From the IMG/VR virus record IMGVR_UViG_3300038530_003247, positions 32,001 to 96,000 of that record: DNA of 64,000 bases; one strand, given 5' to 3'. Below are positions 26,359 through 36,829 of this stretch, one piece after another. The translations under genes were made by a program, and so were the position numbers. The notes below the pieces were generated by a model. The model worked only from the letters and a program-made list of their open reading frames with translations, did no database searches and had not been told where the DNA came from. The stretch is from a virus (taxonomy: Duplodnaviria; Caudoviricetes). Numbering within the stretch: position 1 is the stretch's first letter; each line of letters starts with the position of its first letter.

Positions 26359-27594
26359 ATGAAAAGTTTTCTGAATTTCTTCTCCGAAGCTAGGGTTACC
26401 CGTGCTGCACAAGAGGCAAAGAAGAGAGGTTTAACATATAAGGATGGTTATTGGGTAAACAGATCTGGTAAAAGGATCGCGAGAACAGAGGATGGAGAGC
26501 TCAAGTTGCTCTCAAATAGAGAAGCTGCACAGGAAGAAGAACCCACTCAAGGAAAGGAAAAAGAAGAAGATCAACAAGTTCAGAGTTCTGGTGAAGAAGG
26601 GGAAGAGACTCCTAAGAAGACTGAGGAGAAAGATGTAACGATTGTGTTTGGGAGATTCAATCCTCCTACAATCGGACACAAGTTGGTTCTCGATAAAGCT
26701 TCATCTCTTCCTGGAGATTATGTGGTTTACCCTTCGAGATCAAATGATCCTCAGAAGAATCCTCTTGATCCTTCTGAGAAGACGGAAATGATGAAGAAGA
26801 TGTTTCCCAAACATGCTAGTTCTATTGTTAATGATGATAGCATAAGGACAATCTTTGATGCTCTTAAAGTTGCAGATGATCAGGGATATACAAATGTAAA
26901 TATCGTTGTCGGTTCCGATAGAATCTCTGAGTTCGATTCGTTGGCTCAGAAGTATAACGGAGAGATGTATAACTTTGAAGAGATCAACACGATCTCTGCT
27001 GGTGAAAGAGATGAAGAAGAGTCTGGTGTTGGTGGAATGTCAGCATCCAAGATGAGAAAGGCTGCAGCCGAAGATGATTTTGACTCTTTCAGGAAAGGAA
27101 TTCCAGAAGAAATGGATGACAAAGATGTTAGATCTTTGTTGAATCTTCTGAGAAAGAGAATGAATGTCACAGAAGGTTGGAACTTGTGGGAGATTGCTCC
27201 TAAGTTTGATTGGAAGAATCTTCGTGAGAATTATGTAACTGGTAAGATCTTCAATCTTGATCAAATTGTAGAGAGTCTGAAAACAGGTTTGATCGGAAAG
27301 GTAATCAGAAGAGGAACTAATTATCTGATCTGTGTGACAGAAGAGGATGTCATGTTCAAGTCTTGGATTCGTGATCTCAAAGAATACACTGAGGTCAAGA
27401 TGGAACGTAAGATGAGAACAAAGAATAAGCCAAACACTCTTGAGGGAACTGGTGGTTACTTTAAGAACGTAGCTGCAATTACCCCTGGATTTGAGAAAGG
27501 TGATAAGACCAACCTCCAACCAGGTGGTAAGCCTTACAAAGGGTATCAGAAACAAACAGTCAAGGAATTCATAAATAGGTTTAGGAAAAATTAA
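26359..27594 (+). CDS. Cytidylyltransferase-family (HIGH) protein, cyanophage type
   Basis: FGRFNPPTIGH, VVGSDR, MSASKMR; late promoter at 26322. Confidence 0.85.
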   Translation: MKSFLNFFSEARVTRAAQEAKKRGLTYKDGYWVNRSGKRIARTEDGELKLLSNREAAQEEEPTQGKEKEEDQQVQSSGEEGEETPKKTEEKDVTIVFGRFNPPTIGHKLVLDKASSLPGDYVVYPSRSNDPQKNPLDPSEKTEMMKKMFPKHASSIVNDDSIRTIFDALKVADDQGYTNVNIVVGSDRISEFDSLAQKYNGEMYNFEEINTISAGERDEEESGVGGMSASKMRKAAAEDDFDSFRKGIPEEMDDKDVRSLLNLLRKRMNVTEGWNLWEIAPKFDWKNLRENYVTGKIFNLDQIVESLKTGLIGKVIRRGTNYLICVTEEDVMFKSWIRDLKEYTEVKMERKMRTKNKPNTLEGTGGYFKNVAAITPGFEKGDKTNLQPGGKPYKGYQKQTVKEFINRFRKN

Positions 27595-27602
27595 GATCTA
27601 AC

Positions 27603-28313
27603 ATGAATAACCAAAAAAGAATGTCAGAGGATTATTCTGACTGGAGAAGTGACCTGATTGAAGTCAGTGGTTATTCCTATGCTGACAAAGCTGATGTCGT
27701 TCCGACTAAAGGAAAGAAGAGTGAAGAGAGAGATAAGGAAATCACAGTCAAGAAGATCAACAATAAGATTCTAATTAATCCAAACATGAGAGAGGAGTTT
27801 GCTTCGATCGGTGCGGAAGTCATTGAAGTTTCTGAGATCGATGAAAAGATCAACATGAGAACGGCAGATGTTGGAGAGGTTGTTAAGGATTTCTATAAGT
27901 CTGATGCTCCTCAGTTCAAAGGCAAGTCAAAAGAGAAGAGACGCCAGATGGCGATCGCTGCTAAACTTGAAGCCGAGGAACAGAATGAGGAGTTCACTGT
28001 TGATGATGTGATTGAGTTTCTCGTTACTGAGGGTTATGTTTGGGACCGTGATGGTGCTGAGAAGATGCTTGAGGAAGCTTCTGAAACAGAACTGGAACTG
28101 GTTGTTGAAACATTCATCAAAGAGGGTCTTTCTATTGATGATCAGATGAAAATGGCTCGCGAGGCAGCAAAGAAGAGAAATCCCAATCCTGATCACAAGG
28201 CAATTCGTGCCAAGATGATGAAGAAACCTCTTCCTAAGGACACCAGAACAGATGCCCAGAAGATGACTGACGCAACTGGACCTCGTCCTGGTTCCCGTTA
28301 CAGAGGTGATTGA
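27603..28313 (+). CDS. Probable virion/internal head protein
   Basis: Late promoter at 27571; charged, SDAPQFKGKSKEKRRQMAIAAK. Confidence 0.65.
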   Translation: MNNQKRMSEDYSDWRSDLIEVSGYSYADKADVVPTKGKKSEERDKEITVKKINNKILINPNMREEFASIGAEVIEVSEIDEKINMRTADVGEVVKDFYKSDAPQFKGKSKEKRRQMAIAAKLEAEEQNEEFTVDDVIEFLVTEGYVWDRDGAEKMLEEASETELELVVETFIKEGLSIDDQMKMAREAAKKRNPNPDHKAIRAKMMKKPLPKDTRTDAQKMTDATGPRPGSRYRGD

Positions 28314-28342
28314 TAAATAACTAAAGATATTTGGTAACTATT

Positions 28343-28519
28343 ATGTGGGAACTCTTTCTTCCTTTTGCGCGTTCTGTCGCTTTGCACCTCATTGATTCTC
28401 CGAAGATCAAACTTTTGGTTGTAGAACTCCTTGAGCAACTGGCATTACGCACCGATAACAAACTCGATGACCTCGCTGTCGCTCAGGTTCGTAAAGCCTT
28501 GATCGAAGAAGAGGAATGA
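28343..28519 (+). CDS. Small conserved cyanophage protein
   Basis: LVVELLE...TDNKLDDLAV; late promoter at 28313. Confidence 0.7.
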   Translation: MWELFLPFARSVALHLIDSPKIKLLVVELLEQLALRTDNKLDDLAVAQVRKALIEEEE

Positions 28520-28525
28520 TAACAA

Positions 28526-28555
28526 TGGGGGGACATCTTATGTGTCCCCATTTTT
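28526..28555 (+). terminator. Rho-independent terminator
   Basis: TGGGGGGACA...TGTCCCCA + T run. Confidence 0.65.
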
Positions 28556-28597
28556 ATAAATATTCATTAGCACAGAAATTCTACTAAGGGCAAAGAC

Positions 28598-29107
28598 ATG
28601 GCACTTTGGGGCAATAACGACAATGTGACTTCTACCGGAACGGTCTCATTGAATTATGATACTGGTGTAGTCACTGGTTCCGGAACCACATTCGTAACTG
28701 ACCTTGCAGCGGGACAGGTAATTCGCTTTGGTACTAGAGACAATGTTTATTTCGGTGACGCTGTAATTACTGGTATTACTAGTGCCACTCTTCTTACCAT
28801 TGGTAGTACCGCTGGTTTGAGTGGAGCAGCTATCGCATCCACAGACTTCCAGGTAAGTGAACTTCCTAAGTCCTCGGTTCTGGATTCTACTTTCAGTGAG
28901 GTCAACAGCGACTTCGACAAGTATATGTACGGTGTCGCCGCTGAGGAAGTTTCCGATTCTGCTGGTGGACAATTTGAAACCGGTGCTGGTTGGGTTGGTG
29001 TTACTACTTACATGGATAATCACGGAAATCTCAGAGTGAAGAAGGAAATTATGGTTGCGATGTCTGGAATCACAACTGGTAATACTCCTCTCTATCCTCC
29101 TGCTTGA
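28598..29107 (+). CDS. Virion structural protein
   Basis: TATAAATA at 28555; MALWG...GWV...GNLRVKKE.MVAMS, Thr/Gly-rich. Confidence 0.7.
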   Translation: MALWGNNDNVTSTGTVSLNYDTGVVTGSGTTFVTDLAAGQVIRFGTRDNVYFGDAVITGITSATLLTIGSTAGLSGAAIASTDFQVSELPKSSVLDSTFSEVNSDFDKYMYGVAAEEVSDSAGGQFETGAGWVGVTTYMDNHGNLRVKKEIMVAMSGITTGNTPLYPPA

Positions 29108-29114
29108 TATGTAA

Positions 29115-29507
29115 ATGTTTTTCACTGAATTGAATGAGGAGAACTTTCTCCTCTTTGCTATTAAAAATTATGAGAACCCTCAGGCAGTGACCAAAGAGGA
29201 CTTTGAAAAGGATTTAAATCATTTCAAGTACATCAAAAGGTTACTTAAGAGATATAAAAACAATGGTGAGTTGAGATCTCACTTGTTGATCAACCACTTT
29301 ATTGTTCTTTACAATATTTTTGGTGAGGCAACTACACCAATGCTTTTTTATAAACTTGAGAATAATCTCTGGCCTGTCATTAAGACATTTGTTGTCTTTC
29401 TTGACAGACTTCCTGACTATCCTCGTACATACATCCATGAAATTGAGATGGATGAACAATGTCTAAAAGAACTGGAGAGAATTACAGATGGAAAAGTCAA
29501 AGATTGA
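29115..29507 (+). CDS. Conserved T4-like hypothetical protein
   Basis: FAIKNY.NP, FKYIKRLL, LINH..VLYNIFG. Confidence 0.75.
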   Translation: MFFTELNEENFLLFAIKNYENPQAVTKEDFEKDLNHFKYIKRLLKRYKNNGELRSHLLINHFIVLYNIFGEATTPMLFYKLENNLWPVIKTFVVFLDRLPDYPRTYIHEIEMDEQCLKELERITDGKVKD

Positions 29508-29805
29508 CAAGGTCATCAATGCATTTAGAAATGCAATGTATCAAGAGTTCAGTGTTGAAGATAGTGTCAACGAGGAAGGAATGGTAGCGAACCCTCCTGG
29601 GGGAAGTGGTGGATTCAGTGGGTCGTCTCCTGCTCCCGGCCCTACGGCTGGTTTTGATCCAGTTATGAAAATGGATGGTCGAAGGAAGTATGTCAAGAGA
29701 TATCTTGAGAAGCTTTCGAGAGACAGAGAAAAAAGAGCAGAGAGAAAAAGAAAAAAAGAAGCTTCGAAGTTCAACCCATTCTTTACGACCGATGGACGAA
29801 AATGA
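29488..29805 (+). CDS. Hypothetical protein
   Basis: Gly/Pro-rich middle, AGFDP. Confidence 0.65.
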   Translation: MEKSKIDKVINAFRNAMYQEFSVEDSVNEEGMVANPPGGSGGFSGSSPAPGPTAGFDPVMKMDGRRKYVKRYLEKLSRDREKRAERKRKKEASKFNPFFTTDGRK

Positions 29806-30202
29806 TGTCCCAGTAAGAATAGCTGTATCAGAACAAAGGATCAAGGATCTCAATGTTGTGGTGGTTAGGGTAAACACTGCAATTGAAAAACTGAGTGAGG
29901 TAAATACATCAGTTAGCAGAATGCTTGCCCTCCATGAAGAGCGTATATCGAAACAAGAAGAGATTGACTCTATACTATTTGCAAAGATTGACCAACTCCG
30001 CGATAAAACTGACGAGCATCATAACAATCTCTTGCAAAGAGTTTATCAATTAGAGCGAAAGGTTTGGACAGCCTTTGGTGTTGCAGTTACTATTGCATTC
30101 TTTGTTTCAAATTACGCAGACTTTTTTGAAAAGTTCACCCCCACCAACTTGACCCCGTCTCACAACTCAGTTATCATTGAGAAGACTAGCCGTGACATTT
30201 GA
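29792..30202 (+). CDS. Coiled-coil protein with C-terminal TM segment
   Basis: IEKLSEVN..VSRMLALHEERI; hydrophobic VWTAFGVAVTIAFFV. Confidence 0.65.
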   Translation: MDENDVPVRIAVSEQRIKDLNVVVVRVNTAIEKLSEVNTSVSRMLALHEERISKQEEIDSILFAKIDQLRDKTDEHHNNLLQRVYQLERKVWTAFGVAVTIAFFVSNYADFFEKFTPTNLTPSHNSVIIEKTSRDI

Positions 30203-31200
30203 TGGATTATATTGATGTTAAGTACATCAACCTTCTTTCTCCAAGACTTGAGAGGTTCAAGAAGGTAAAACCAAATCTCTATAATTGCAGATGTCCCCTT
30301 TGTGGAGATTCCAAAAGGAACAAGACAAAGGCAAGGGGTTACTTCTACCAGGTAAAGAATAATACAAACTACAAGTGTCACAACTGTGGAGTTAACATCT
30401 CTCTTAGCAATATGTTGAAAGAGGTGGACCCTGTTATGCAAAAAGAATATATCTTTGAGAAATTTAAAGAGACAGGTACAGGTTCTTCAACAAAAAGACC
30501 TGAGGATATCCTTTCTCAATTGAAGTCATCTAAACCTCAATTCAAGAAGAAGGTAATGGTAGAAGAGTTCAAGGATTTGAAAAAAGCATTCGAGGTTGAT
30601 GTGTCTCGTCATTACCTTGAGTCAAGGGCAATCAACTCCGGTGAGTTTTACTTTGTTGAAAACTTTAAGGAGTTTATCAACACCCTCAAGCCAGGAACAT
30701 TTAATGATACTATATTTGGTGAACCGAGAATTGTGATTCCTCTTGTTAGGAATGACAAACTAATCGGAGTTCAGGGGAGAGCTGTATCCTCCAACCCTGT
30801 TAAATACTTAACCATCATGTTTGATGAAGATGCACCAAAAATCTATGGGCTTGATAGAGTTGATCGAAAGCTTCCCATCTTTGTCGTCGAAGGACCGTTC
30901 GACAGCACTTTCCTCCCTAATAGTGTGGCTCTGTGTGGTAGTGACGGTGAAGTTGGTGATCTTGAGGGAAGCGATATTGTTTTTGTTTATGATAATGAGC
31001 CTCGTAACAAAGAAATTGTTAGAAGAATCGGAGACACAATTGAGGGAGGAGGAAAGGTCGTCATCTGGCCACCCAACATAACTCAGAAAGATATCAATGA
31101 CATGGTCCTCTCTGGACATAATGTGGTTGAAGTTGTGAACCAGAACATTTATGAAGGGCTTCAAGCAAAACTTAAATTTACAAATTGGAAAAGAGTATGA
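30202..31200 (+). CDS. gp61: DNA primase gp61
   Basis: CPLCGDS...CHNC Zn finger, EGPFDS, DNEPRN, KDIND. Confidence 0.95.
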   Translation: MDYIDVKYINLLSPRLERFKKVKPNLYNCRCPLCGDSKRNKTKARGYFYQVKNNTNYKCHNCGVNISLSNMLKEVDPVMQKEYIFEKFKETGTGSSTKRPEDILSQLKSSKPQFKKKVMVEEFKDLKKAFEVDVSRHYLESRAINSGEFYFVENFKEFINTLKPGTFNDTIFGEPRIVIPLVRNDKLIGVQGRAVSSNPVKYLTIMFDEDAPKIYGLDRVDRKLPIFVVEGPFDSTFLPNSVALCGSDGEVGDLEGSDIVFVYDNEPRNKEIVRRIGDTIEGGGKVVIWPPNITQKDINDMVLSGHNVVEVVNQNIYEGLQAKLKFTNWKRV

Positions 31201-33500
31201 GTAACGGTACAAAGGTTAAGAAGAGAGACGGAAGAATTGAGTCTCTCGATCTCGAAAAGATGCACCTCATGGTTCAGGAAGCATGTGAGGGACTGGCTGG
31301 AGTTTCTGCATCTCAGGTTGAGATGACATCTGGAATCCAGTTTTATGATGGGATTACAACTTCTGAGATTCAGGAGATTTTGATCAAGAGTGCCAGTGAC
31401 TTGATTGATTTGGAAAACCCAAACTATCAGTTTGTTGCTGCTCGTCTTCTTCTATTCTCTGTTCGTAAACAACTTTATGGACGCAGGAGTCAACTCCCCA
31501 ATCTGATTGATCACATCACTTCTTTGGCTTATCAGGATCTTTATGATAAGGACATCTTCAATCATTACTCAAAAGAAGAGATTGAAAAGGTTGGTGGTTG
31601 GGTCGACCACTCAAGAGATTTCCTGTTTACTTACGCTGGATTGAGACAAGTTGTTGATAAGTATCTCGTTCAGGACAGGAGCACTGGGGAGGTCTATGAA
31701 ACTCCACAGTTCATGTACATCATGATTGCTTTGACCATCTTTAAGAATTATCCCAAAGAGACACGACTTTCTTACATCAGAAGGTACTACGATGCAATCT
31801 CAAAGCACAAAATCAACATCCCCACACCAATCATGGCGGGTGTCAGAACTCCCCTCCGTCAGTTTGCGTCTTGTGTTCTGGTTGATGTTGATGACACCCT
31901 GGACAGTATTTTTAGTTCTGATATGGCCATTGGCCGTTATGTCGCACAAAGGGCTGGTATCGGTATCAACGCTGGGAGGATTCGTGGGATCAACGCTAAG
32001 ATCAGGGGTGGAGAAGTACAGCACACTGGCGTTGTTCCTTTCCTTAAAAAGTTTGAATCAACTGTACGATGTTGTACACAAAATGGCATCCGAGGTGGAA
32101 GTGCAACAGTCCACTTCCCAATCTGGCACCAAGAGATCGAAGACATCATCGTTCTGAAGAACAACAAAGGTACAGAAGACAACAGGGTAAGGAAACTTGA
32201 CTATTCCATCCAGATTTCAAAACTTTTCTACGAACGTTTCATCCAGGATGGAGAAATTAGCCTGTTCTCACCGCACGACGTACCAGGTCTATATGACGCT
32301 TTTGGTACTGATAGGTTCGATGATTTATATGTGGGGTTTGAACGAGATGAGTCTATTCCAAGAAAAGTTGTCGGAGCTCAAGAACTCATTCTGGACCTCC
32401 TGAAGGAAAGAGCAGAGACTGGTCGTATCTATATCATGAACATTGATCACTGTAACAGTCACTCCTCCTTCAAGGATAAGGTGGAGATGTCTAACCTGTG
32501 TCAGGAGATCACTCTTCCCACTTATCCTCTTCAACACATTGATGATGAGGTTGGTGAGATTGCCCTGTGTATCCTTTCCGCAATCAATGTGGGTAAGGTT
32601 CACTCTGACAGGGAACTGGAAGACCTCTGTGACCTCGCTGTGAGGGCTCTGGAGGAACTCATTGATCATCAGAACTATCCAATCAAGGCAGCTGAGATTG
32701 CCACCAAGGCTCGCCGATCACTTGGAGTTGGGTTCATTGGTCTAGCTCACTATTTGGCTAAATTAGGTTATGGTTATGATTCGCAAGAAGCTTGGGATGC
32801 CGTTCATTCTTTGAGTGAGTCCTTTCAGTACTTCCTTCTGAAGTCGTCTAATGAAATTGCCAAAGAAAAGGGACACTGTGAGTACTTTGGTAGAACTAAG
32901 TACGCTGATGGGATCCTTCCTATCGACACCTACAAGAAGGATGTTGATGAGATCTGTTCACAGCCTCTTCAACACGATTGGGAATCGCTTAGAAAGTCGA
33001 TTCTGGCTCACGGATTACGGCACTCAACATTGTCTGCTCAGATGCCATCTGAAAGCTCGTCCGTTGTGTCAAACGCAACAAATGGAATCGAGCCACCTAG
33101 AGACTATTTGTCCATTAAGAAGAGTAAGAAAGGACCCCTTAAGCAGGTTGTACCGTCTTATCAAAAGCTTAAAAACAATTACACACTTCTCTGGGACATG
33201 AAGAGTAACGATGGTTATGTGAATGTGGTGGCAGTGATGCAGAAGTTCTTTGATCAGGCGATCAGTGGAAACTGGTCTTATAATCCAGAGAACTATCCTG
33301 ACAATGAGGTTCCTGTTTCTGTCATGGCACAGGACTTCCTCAACACTTATAAGTATGGTTGGAAGACCTCTTATTACCAAAATACATATGACAATAAGAC
33401 AGATGAAGTGAAAGAAGAACCAGACAATTCTAAACTAAACGACATCTTAAACGAACTAACCAATTCAGAGGAGGAAGCTTGTGAAAGCTGTGCAATTTAA
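31197..33500 (+). CDS. nrdA: Ribonucleotide reductase alpha subunit
   Basis: ATP cone VKKRDG, SCV, SNLCQEI, C-terminal CESCAI. Confidence 0.97.
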   Translation: MSNGTKVKKRDGRIESLDLEKMHLMVQEACEGLAGVSASQVEMTSGIQFYDGITTSEIQEILIKSASDLIDLENPNYQFVAARLLLFSVRKQLYGRRSQLPNLIDHITSLAYQDLYDKDIFNHYSKEEIEKVGGWVDHSRDFLFTYAGLRQVVDKYLVQDRSTGEVYETPQFMYIMIALTIFKNYPKETRLSYIRRYYDAISKHKINIPTPIMAGVRTPLRQFASCVLVDVDDTLDSIFSSDMAIGRYVAQRAGIGINAGRIRGINAKIRGGEVQHTGVVPFLKKFESTVRCCTQNGIRGGSATVHFPIWHQEIEDIIVLKNNKGTEDNRVRKLDYSIQISKLFYERFIQDGEISLFSPHDVPGLYDAFGTDRFDDLYVGFERDESIPRKVVGAQELILDLLKERAETGRIYIMNIDHCNSHSSFKDKVEMSNLCQEITLPTYPLQHIDDEVGEIALCILSAINVGKVHSDRELEDLCDLAVRALEELIDHQNYPIKAAEIATKARRSLGVGFIGLAHYLAKLGYGYDSQEAWDAVHSLSESFQYFLLKSSNEIAKEKGHCEYFGRTKYADGILPIDTYKKDVDEICSQPLQHDWESLRKSILAHGLRHSTLSAQMPSESSSVVSNATNGIEPPRDYLSIKKSKKGPLKQVVPSYQKLKNNYTLLWDMKSNDGYVNVVAVMQKFFDQAISGNWSYNPENYPDNEVPVSVMAQDFLNTYKYGWKTSYYQNTYDNKTDEVKEEPDNSKLNDILNELTNSEEEACESCAI

Positions 33501-34677
33501 AGTTTCACCAGAGATGATGAACAATGGTATTACAGATGTGAAGAGATTGACTGTATTCAATACAGAGCAAGTTAATTCCAAGAAACAACCAATGTTTTTT
33601 GGCAAACCGTTGGGAGTTCAAAGATACGATTCTTATAAGTATCCAGTCTTCGAAAAACTAACAACACAACAACTGGGTTATTTCTGGAGACCTGAGGAAA
33701 TCTCCCTTCAGAAGGACAGAGGTGATTATCTCACCTTGAGACCGGAACAGAAGCACATTTATACTTCTAACCTGAAGTATCAAATCATGTTGGACTCCGT
33801 TCAAGGTAGAGCTCCTGGAATGGCTTTTGCTCCCTATTGTTCTCTCCCTGAACTTGAGTCTTGTATGAAGGTGTGGGAGTTCATGGAGATGGTTCATTCT
33901 CGTTCTTACACTCACATCATCAAGAACATCTATTCTGACCCCTCAGAGGTGTTTGACACCATCCTGAAGGACGATCGAATCCTTGAGAGGGCAAAGACTG
34001 TCACTGAGTCTTATGATGACTTTGTCAACAGCGCTCATGTGTATGATCAGAACAACTTCTGGGAACTTGCCAACGAAGGTCACGATCTTGGTAAGTTTGA
34101 AAGGAAGGAACTGAAGCGTAAACTTTATCGTGCAGTTGCTAATGTCAACATCCTTGAAGGTATTCGTTTCTATGTGAGTTTCGCTTGTTCTTTCGCTTTC
34201 GGTGAACTCAAACTCATGGAAGGATCGGCTAAGGTTATTTCCTTTATCGCAAGGGATGAGAATCAGCATCTTGCAATCACTCAAAACATTCTGAACAACT
34301 GGAAGAAGGGTGATGATCCTGAGATGGTAGAGATCGCTAAGGAAGAGGAGGAGTGGTTCTACGCAATGTTTGACAGAGCCGTGAATGAAGAGAAGAGATG
34401 GGCTGATTATCTCTTCAAAGAAGGAAGTATGATTGGTCTCAATGACAAACTACTACAAAAGTATGTTGAGTGGATTGCTAATCGTCGTATGAAGGCAATT
34501 GGTCTGAGACCTGTCTATGATGTGGCAGCCAAGAACAATCCTCTCCCCTGGACACAACACTGGATCTCTTCTAAGGGTCTCCAGAATGCACCACAGGAAA
34601 CTGAAATTGAATCGTATCTCATTGGAGGTATCAAACAAGATGTCAAGAAGGACACCTTCTCGGGATTCAAACTCTGA
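33481..34677 (+). CDS. nrdB: Ribonucleotide reductase beta subunit
   Basis: FWRPEE, EMVHSRSY, LEGIRFY, RDENQH. Confidence 0.97.
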   Translation: MKAVQFKVSPEMMNNGITDVKRLTVFNTEQVNSKKQPMFFGKPLGVQRYDSYKYPVFEKLTTQQLGYFWRPEEISLQKDRGDYLTLRPEQKHIYTSNLKYQIMLDSVQGRAPGMAFAPYCSLPELESCMKVWEFMEMVHSRSYTHIIKNIYSDPSEVFDTILKDDRILERAKTVTESYDDFVNSAHVYDQNNFWELANEGHDLGKFERKELKRKLYRAVANVNILEGIRFYVSFACSFAFGELKLMEGSAKVISFIARDENQHLAITQNILNNWKKGDDPEMVEIAKEEEEWFYAMFDRAVNEEKRWADYLFKEGSMIGLNDKLLQKYVEWIANRRMKAIGLRPVYDVAAKNNPLPWTQHWISSKGLQNAPQETEIESYLIGGIKQDVKKDTFSGFKL

Positions 34678-34758
34678 TGTCTGGGAAGACTTCCCACTGA
34701 GGGAAGGAGATTATATCACTGGTCATCCTCTAAATAATGAGACTGATGATGATGGCCA

Positions 34759-35199
34759 GTGTGTGACTACGAGAACCCATGGATCTATCTGGAGAAACCC
34801 TTTACTAGTGATGATGTTCGGGACTTTTATGGTTTTGTTTATCTCATTACCAATCTCTCCAATCAACGACTCTACATTGGCAGAAAAGTTTTCTGGTTTT
34901 ATCGAAAACCTCCTGGAAAGAAACGAAGAGTAAAGAAAGAATCTGATTGGAAGCTGTATTACGGATCTTGTGATGAACTGAAAGAAGACGTTGAACTCCT
35001 CGGAACTCACATGTTCAAGAGGGAGATTCTTTCGCTGCATAAAACTAAAGGTAAGACAAACTTTGCCGAGACTGAGGCACTGTTCAAGAACAATGTCCTC
35101 ACAGAGTCCATGAAGGATGGCTCTCCTCTTTATTATAATTCCAACATTATGAATCGTTACTACAGAAAAGACTACTTCACAGGCTTGACAGAGGAGTGA
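34759..35199 (+). CDS. GIY-YIG family endonuclease
   Basis: GFVYLITN...YIGRK...YYGS, YYNSNI. Confidence 0.8.
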   Translation: MCDYENPWIYLEKPFTSDDVRDFYGFVYLITNLSNQRLYIGRKVFWFYRKPPGKKRRVKKESDWKLYYGSCDELKEDVELLGTHMFKREILSLHKTKGKTNFAETEALFKNNVLTESMKDGSPLYYNSNIMNRYYRKDYFTGLTEE

Positions 35200-35242
35200 G
35201 GTTTTGGATAAGATAACTAGTGTTAGAAGTTAAGGCTTTTAA

Positions 35243-35461
35243 ATGGAAGACATTTCCACAGAGACTCTTGTCGAGAATATTCATGAATGGGCTTGCGAGC
35301 GCATGAATGAACTGGAACAAAAACGAAAGTATCTTGATCTGGTTGCTCTTTATGAAGAGTATCAAGAGTGGATGACCAAAGACGACGACGAGGACATCGA
35401 GGTCATGTCCATCACAAAGATTGACACTGATGATCATGAAGATTATGGATGGTATGATTAA
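35243..35461 (+). CDS. Hypothetical acidic protein
   Basis: 72-aa ORF; TTGACA-N18-TAAGAT at 35185. Confidence 0.65.
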   Translation: MEDISTETLVENIHEWACERMNELEQKRKYLDLVALYEEYQEWMTKDDDEDIEVMSITKIDTDDHEDYGWYD

Positions 35462-36134
35462 TCTAAGAAATTTCTTTCTCTATTACAGAGACAAGTTTTC
35501 TCAACAGCTAGGTGTTGAGAAACTCTATGAGGACATCAAAAGAGATGCACCGCATCTCTTGGATGAGAATTCAGAGTGGGTTAGAATTTACAGAGATCAA
35601 GTTGAGACACTCTCACCTGTGTCTAAGACTGGACTTGAACTCATCAAAGAGTTTGAGGGTCTCCATGAGGTCCGCTCTGATGAGGAGTTCGTCCACGCTT
35701 ATTATGATCCTCTCAGTGGAGGACTTCCTATTACCATTGGTTATAAATCTACCAAGACAATGAGTGGTGGCCCTTTCTTCATCGGAGACTACATCACAAA
35801 AGAAGATGCAAGTGATCTTCTTGAAGTTCAGGCAGAGAAAGATTATTGGTCTGTCCTTGAGAAGTCAATCCCTTATTGGAATGAGATGAATGACAATCAA
35901 CGTGGAGCACTGCTGAGCTTTAGTTATAATCTTGGAGCTCACTTCTACAACACAAGAGGATTTGATACTATTTCACGAGTTCTTAGGGAGAAGGACTGGG
36001 ATGGAGTTCCTGATGCTCTTTTCCTTTATCGTAGCCCAGGTACCAGTATTGAAGCTGAACTGGCAAGAAGAAGGACTGCTGAGGGTGAACTTTGGAAAAA
36101 ACCAGTCTATGTTCCCTTTCATCATCCAGTCTAA
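35454..36134 (+). CDS. GH24 lysozyme (endolysin-like)
   Basis: LIKEFEG, AYYDP, TIGY, ALLSFSYNLG, LARRRTAE..LW. Confidence 0.88.
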   Translation: MINLRNFFLYYRDKFSQQLGVEKLYEDIKRDAPHLLDENSEWVRIYRDQVETLSPVSKTGLELIKEFEGLHEVRSDEEFVHAYYDPLSGGLPITIGYKSTKTMSGGPFFIGDYITKEDASDLLEVQAEKDYWSVLEKSIPYWNEMNDNQRGALLSFSYNLGAHFYNTRGFDTISRVLREKDWDGVPDALFLYRSPGTSIEAELARRRTAEGELWKKPVYVPFHHPV

Positions 36135-36226
36135 TATTAAGAAATATGTGTTAGGGTCTATATATAAGATGGGAGAGAATGATGATGAGTCACCTCTCTC
36201 TTCTTTTTGCCCTATAGTAATGGAAC

Positions 36227-36826
36227 ATGAAAGTGCCTAATATTAAAACTAGTGTGGCTATCGTTGGAGCTCTAGCATCCTTCGTTGTGGTGACAGATTA
36301 TATATCAATTAAATTTCAAAAGCCACCAGTCACCCTCCAATCAACAGAACTTCCACCTCCAACACCAAAAGAACTGAAACTCAGGAAAGCTACAGAAACA
36401 GAACAAGTGGTTCTTGATTTTATTGTTGATGTTGGAATTACTGATAAGAATGCGGTTGCAACTGTTCTTGGAAATATTAAACAAGAGTCAAGGTTTGATA
36501 CTTATGTATGTGAAGGTGGAAAGAGAACCGGGTATAGAGGTTGCCACAAAGGTGGATTTGGTCTCATTCAATGGACGACATTTGGAAGGTATAATGGACT
36601 TGGTAAGTATGCTCGTTCGAGAAATGCCGATCCCAACAACCTTCAAATTCAATTGGAATACATGTTGACAGAGAGACCATGGAAGAGAGCTGTCGAGACA
36701 TTCAAGACACCTGGTAAAACCATTGACAGTTATATGGATGCTGCTCACATCTGGTTAGGGTGGGGAGTTCATGGAGCGAGAACCAATTACGCTCACGATT
36801 ACGCAGACCGACTTTATTGGGGATAG
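36227..36826 (+). CDS. Phage tail-lysozyme-like protein with N-terminal anchor
   Basis: LGNIKQES, GFGLIQWT, Q..YM..E. Confidence 0.78.
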   Translation: MKVPNIKTSVAIVGALASFVVVTDYISIKFQKPPVTLQSTELPPPTPKELKLRKATETEQVVLDFIVDVGITDKNAVATVLGNIKQESRFDTYVCEGGKRTGYRGCHKGGFGLIQWTTFGRYNGLGKYARSRNADPNNLQIQLEYMLTERPWKRAVETFKTPGKTIDSYMDAAHIWLGWGVHGARTNYAHDYADRLYWG

Positions 36827-36829
36827 AGG

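Noticed and set aside
31197-34677. Inteins or introns in nrdA/nrdB
   Set aside because: Both ORFs are continuous and of normal length.
34759-35199. Mobile homing endonuclease
   Set aside because: A short stand-alone GIY-YIG domain with no DNA-binding extension or visible insertion scar.
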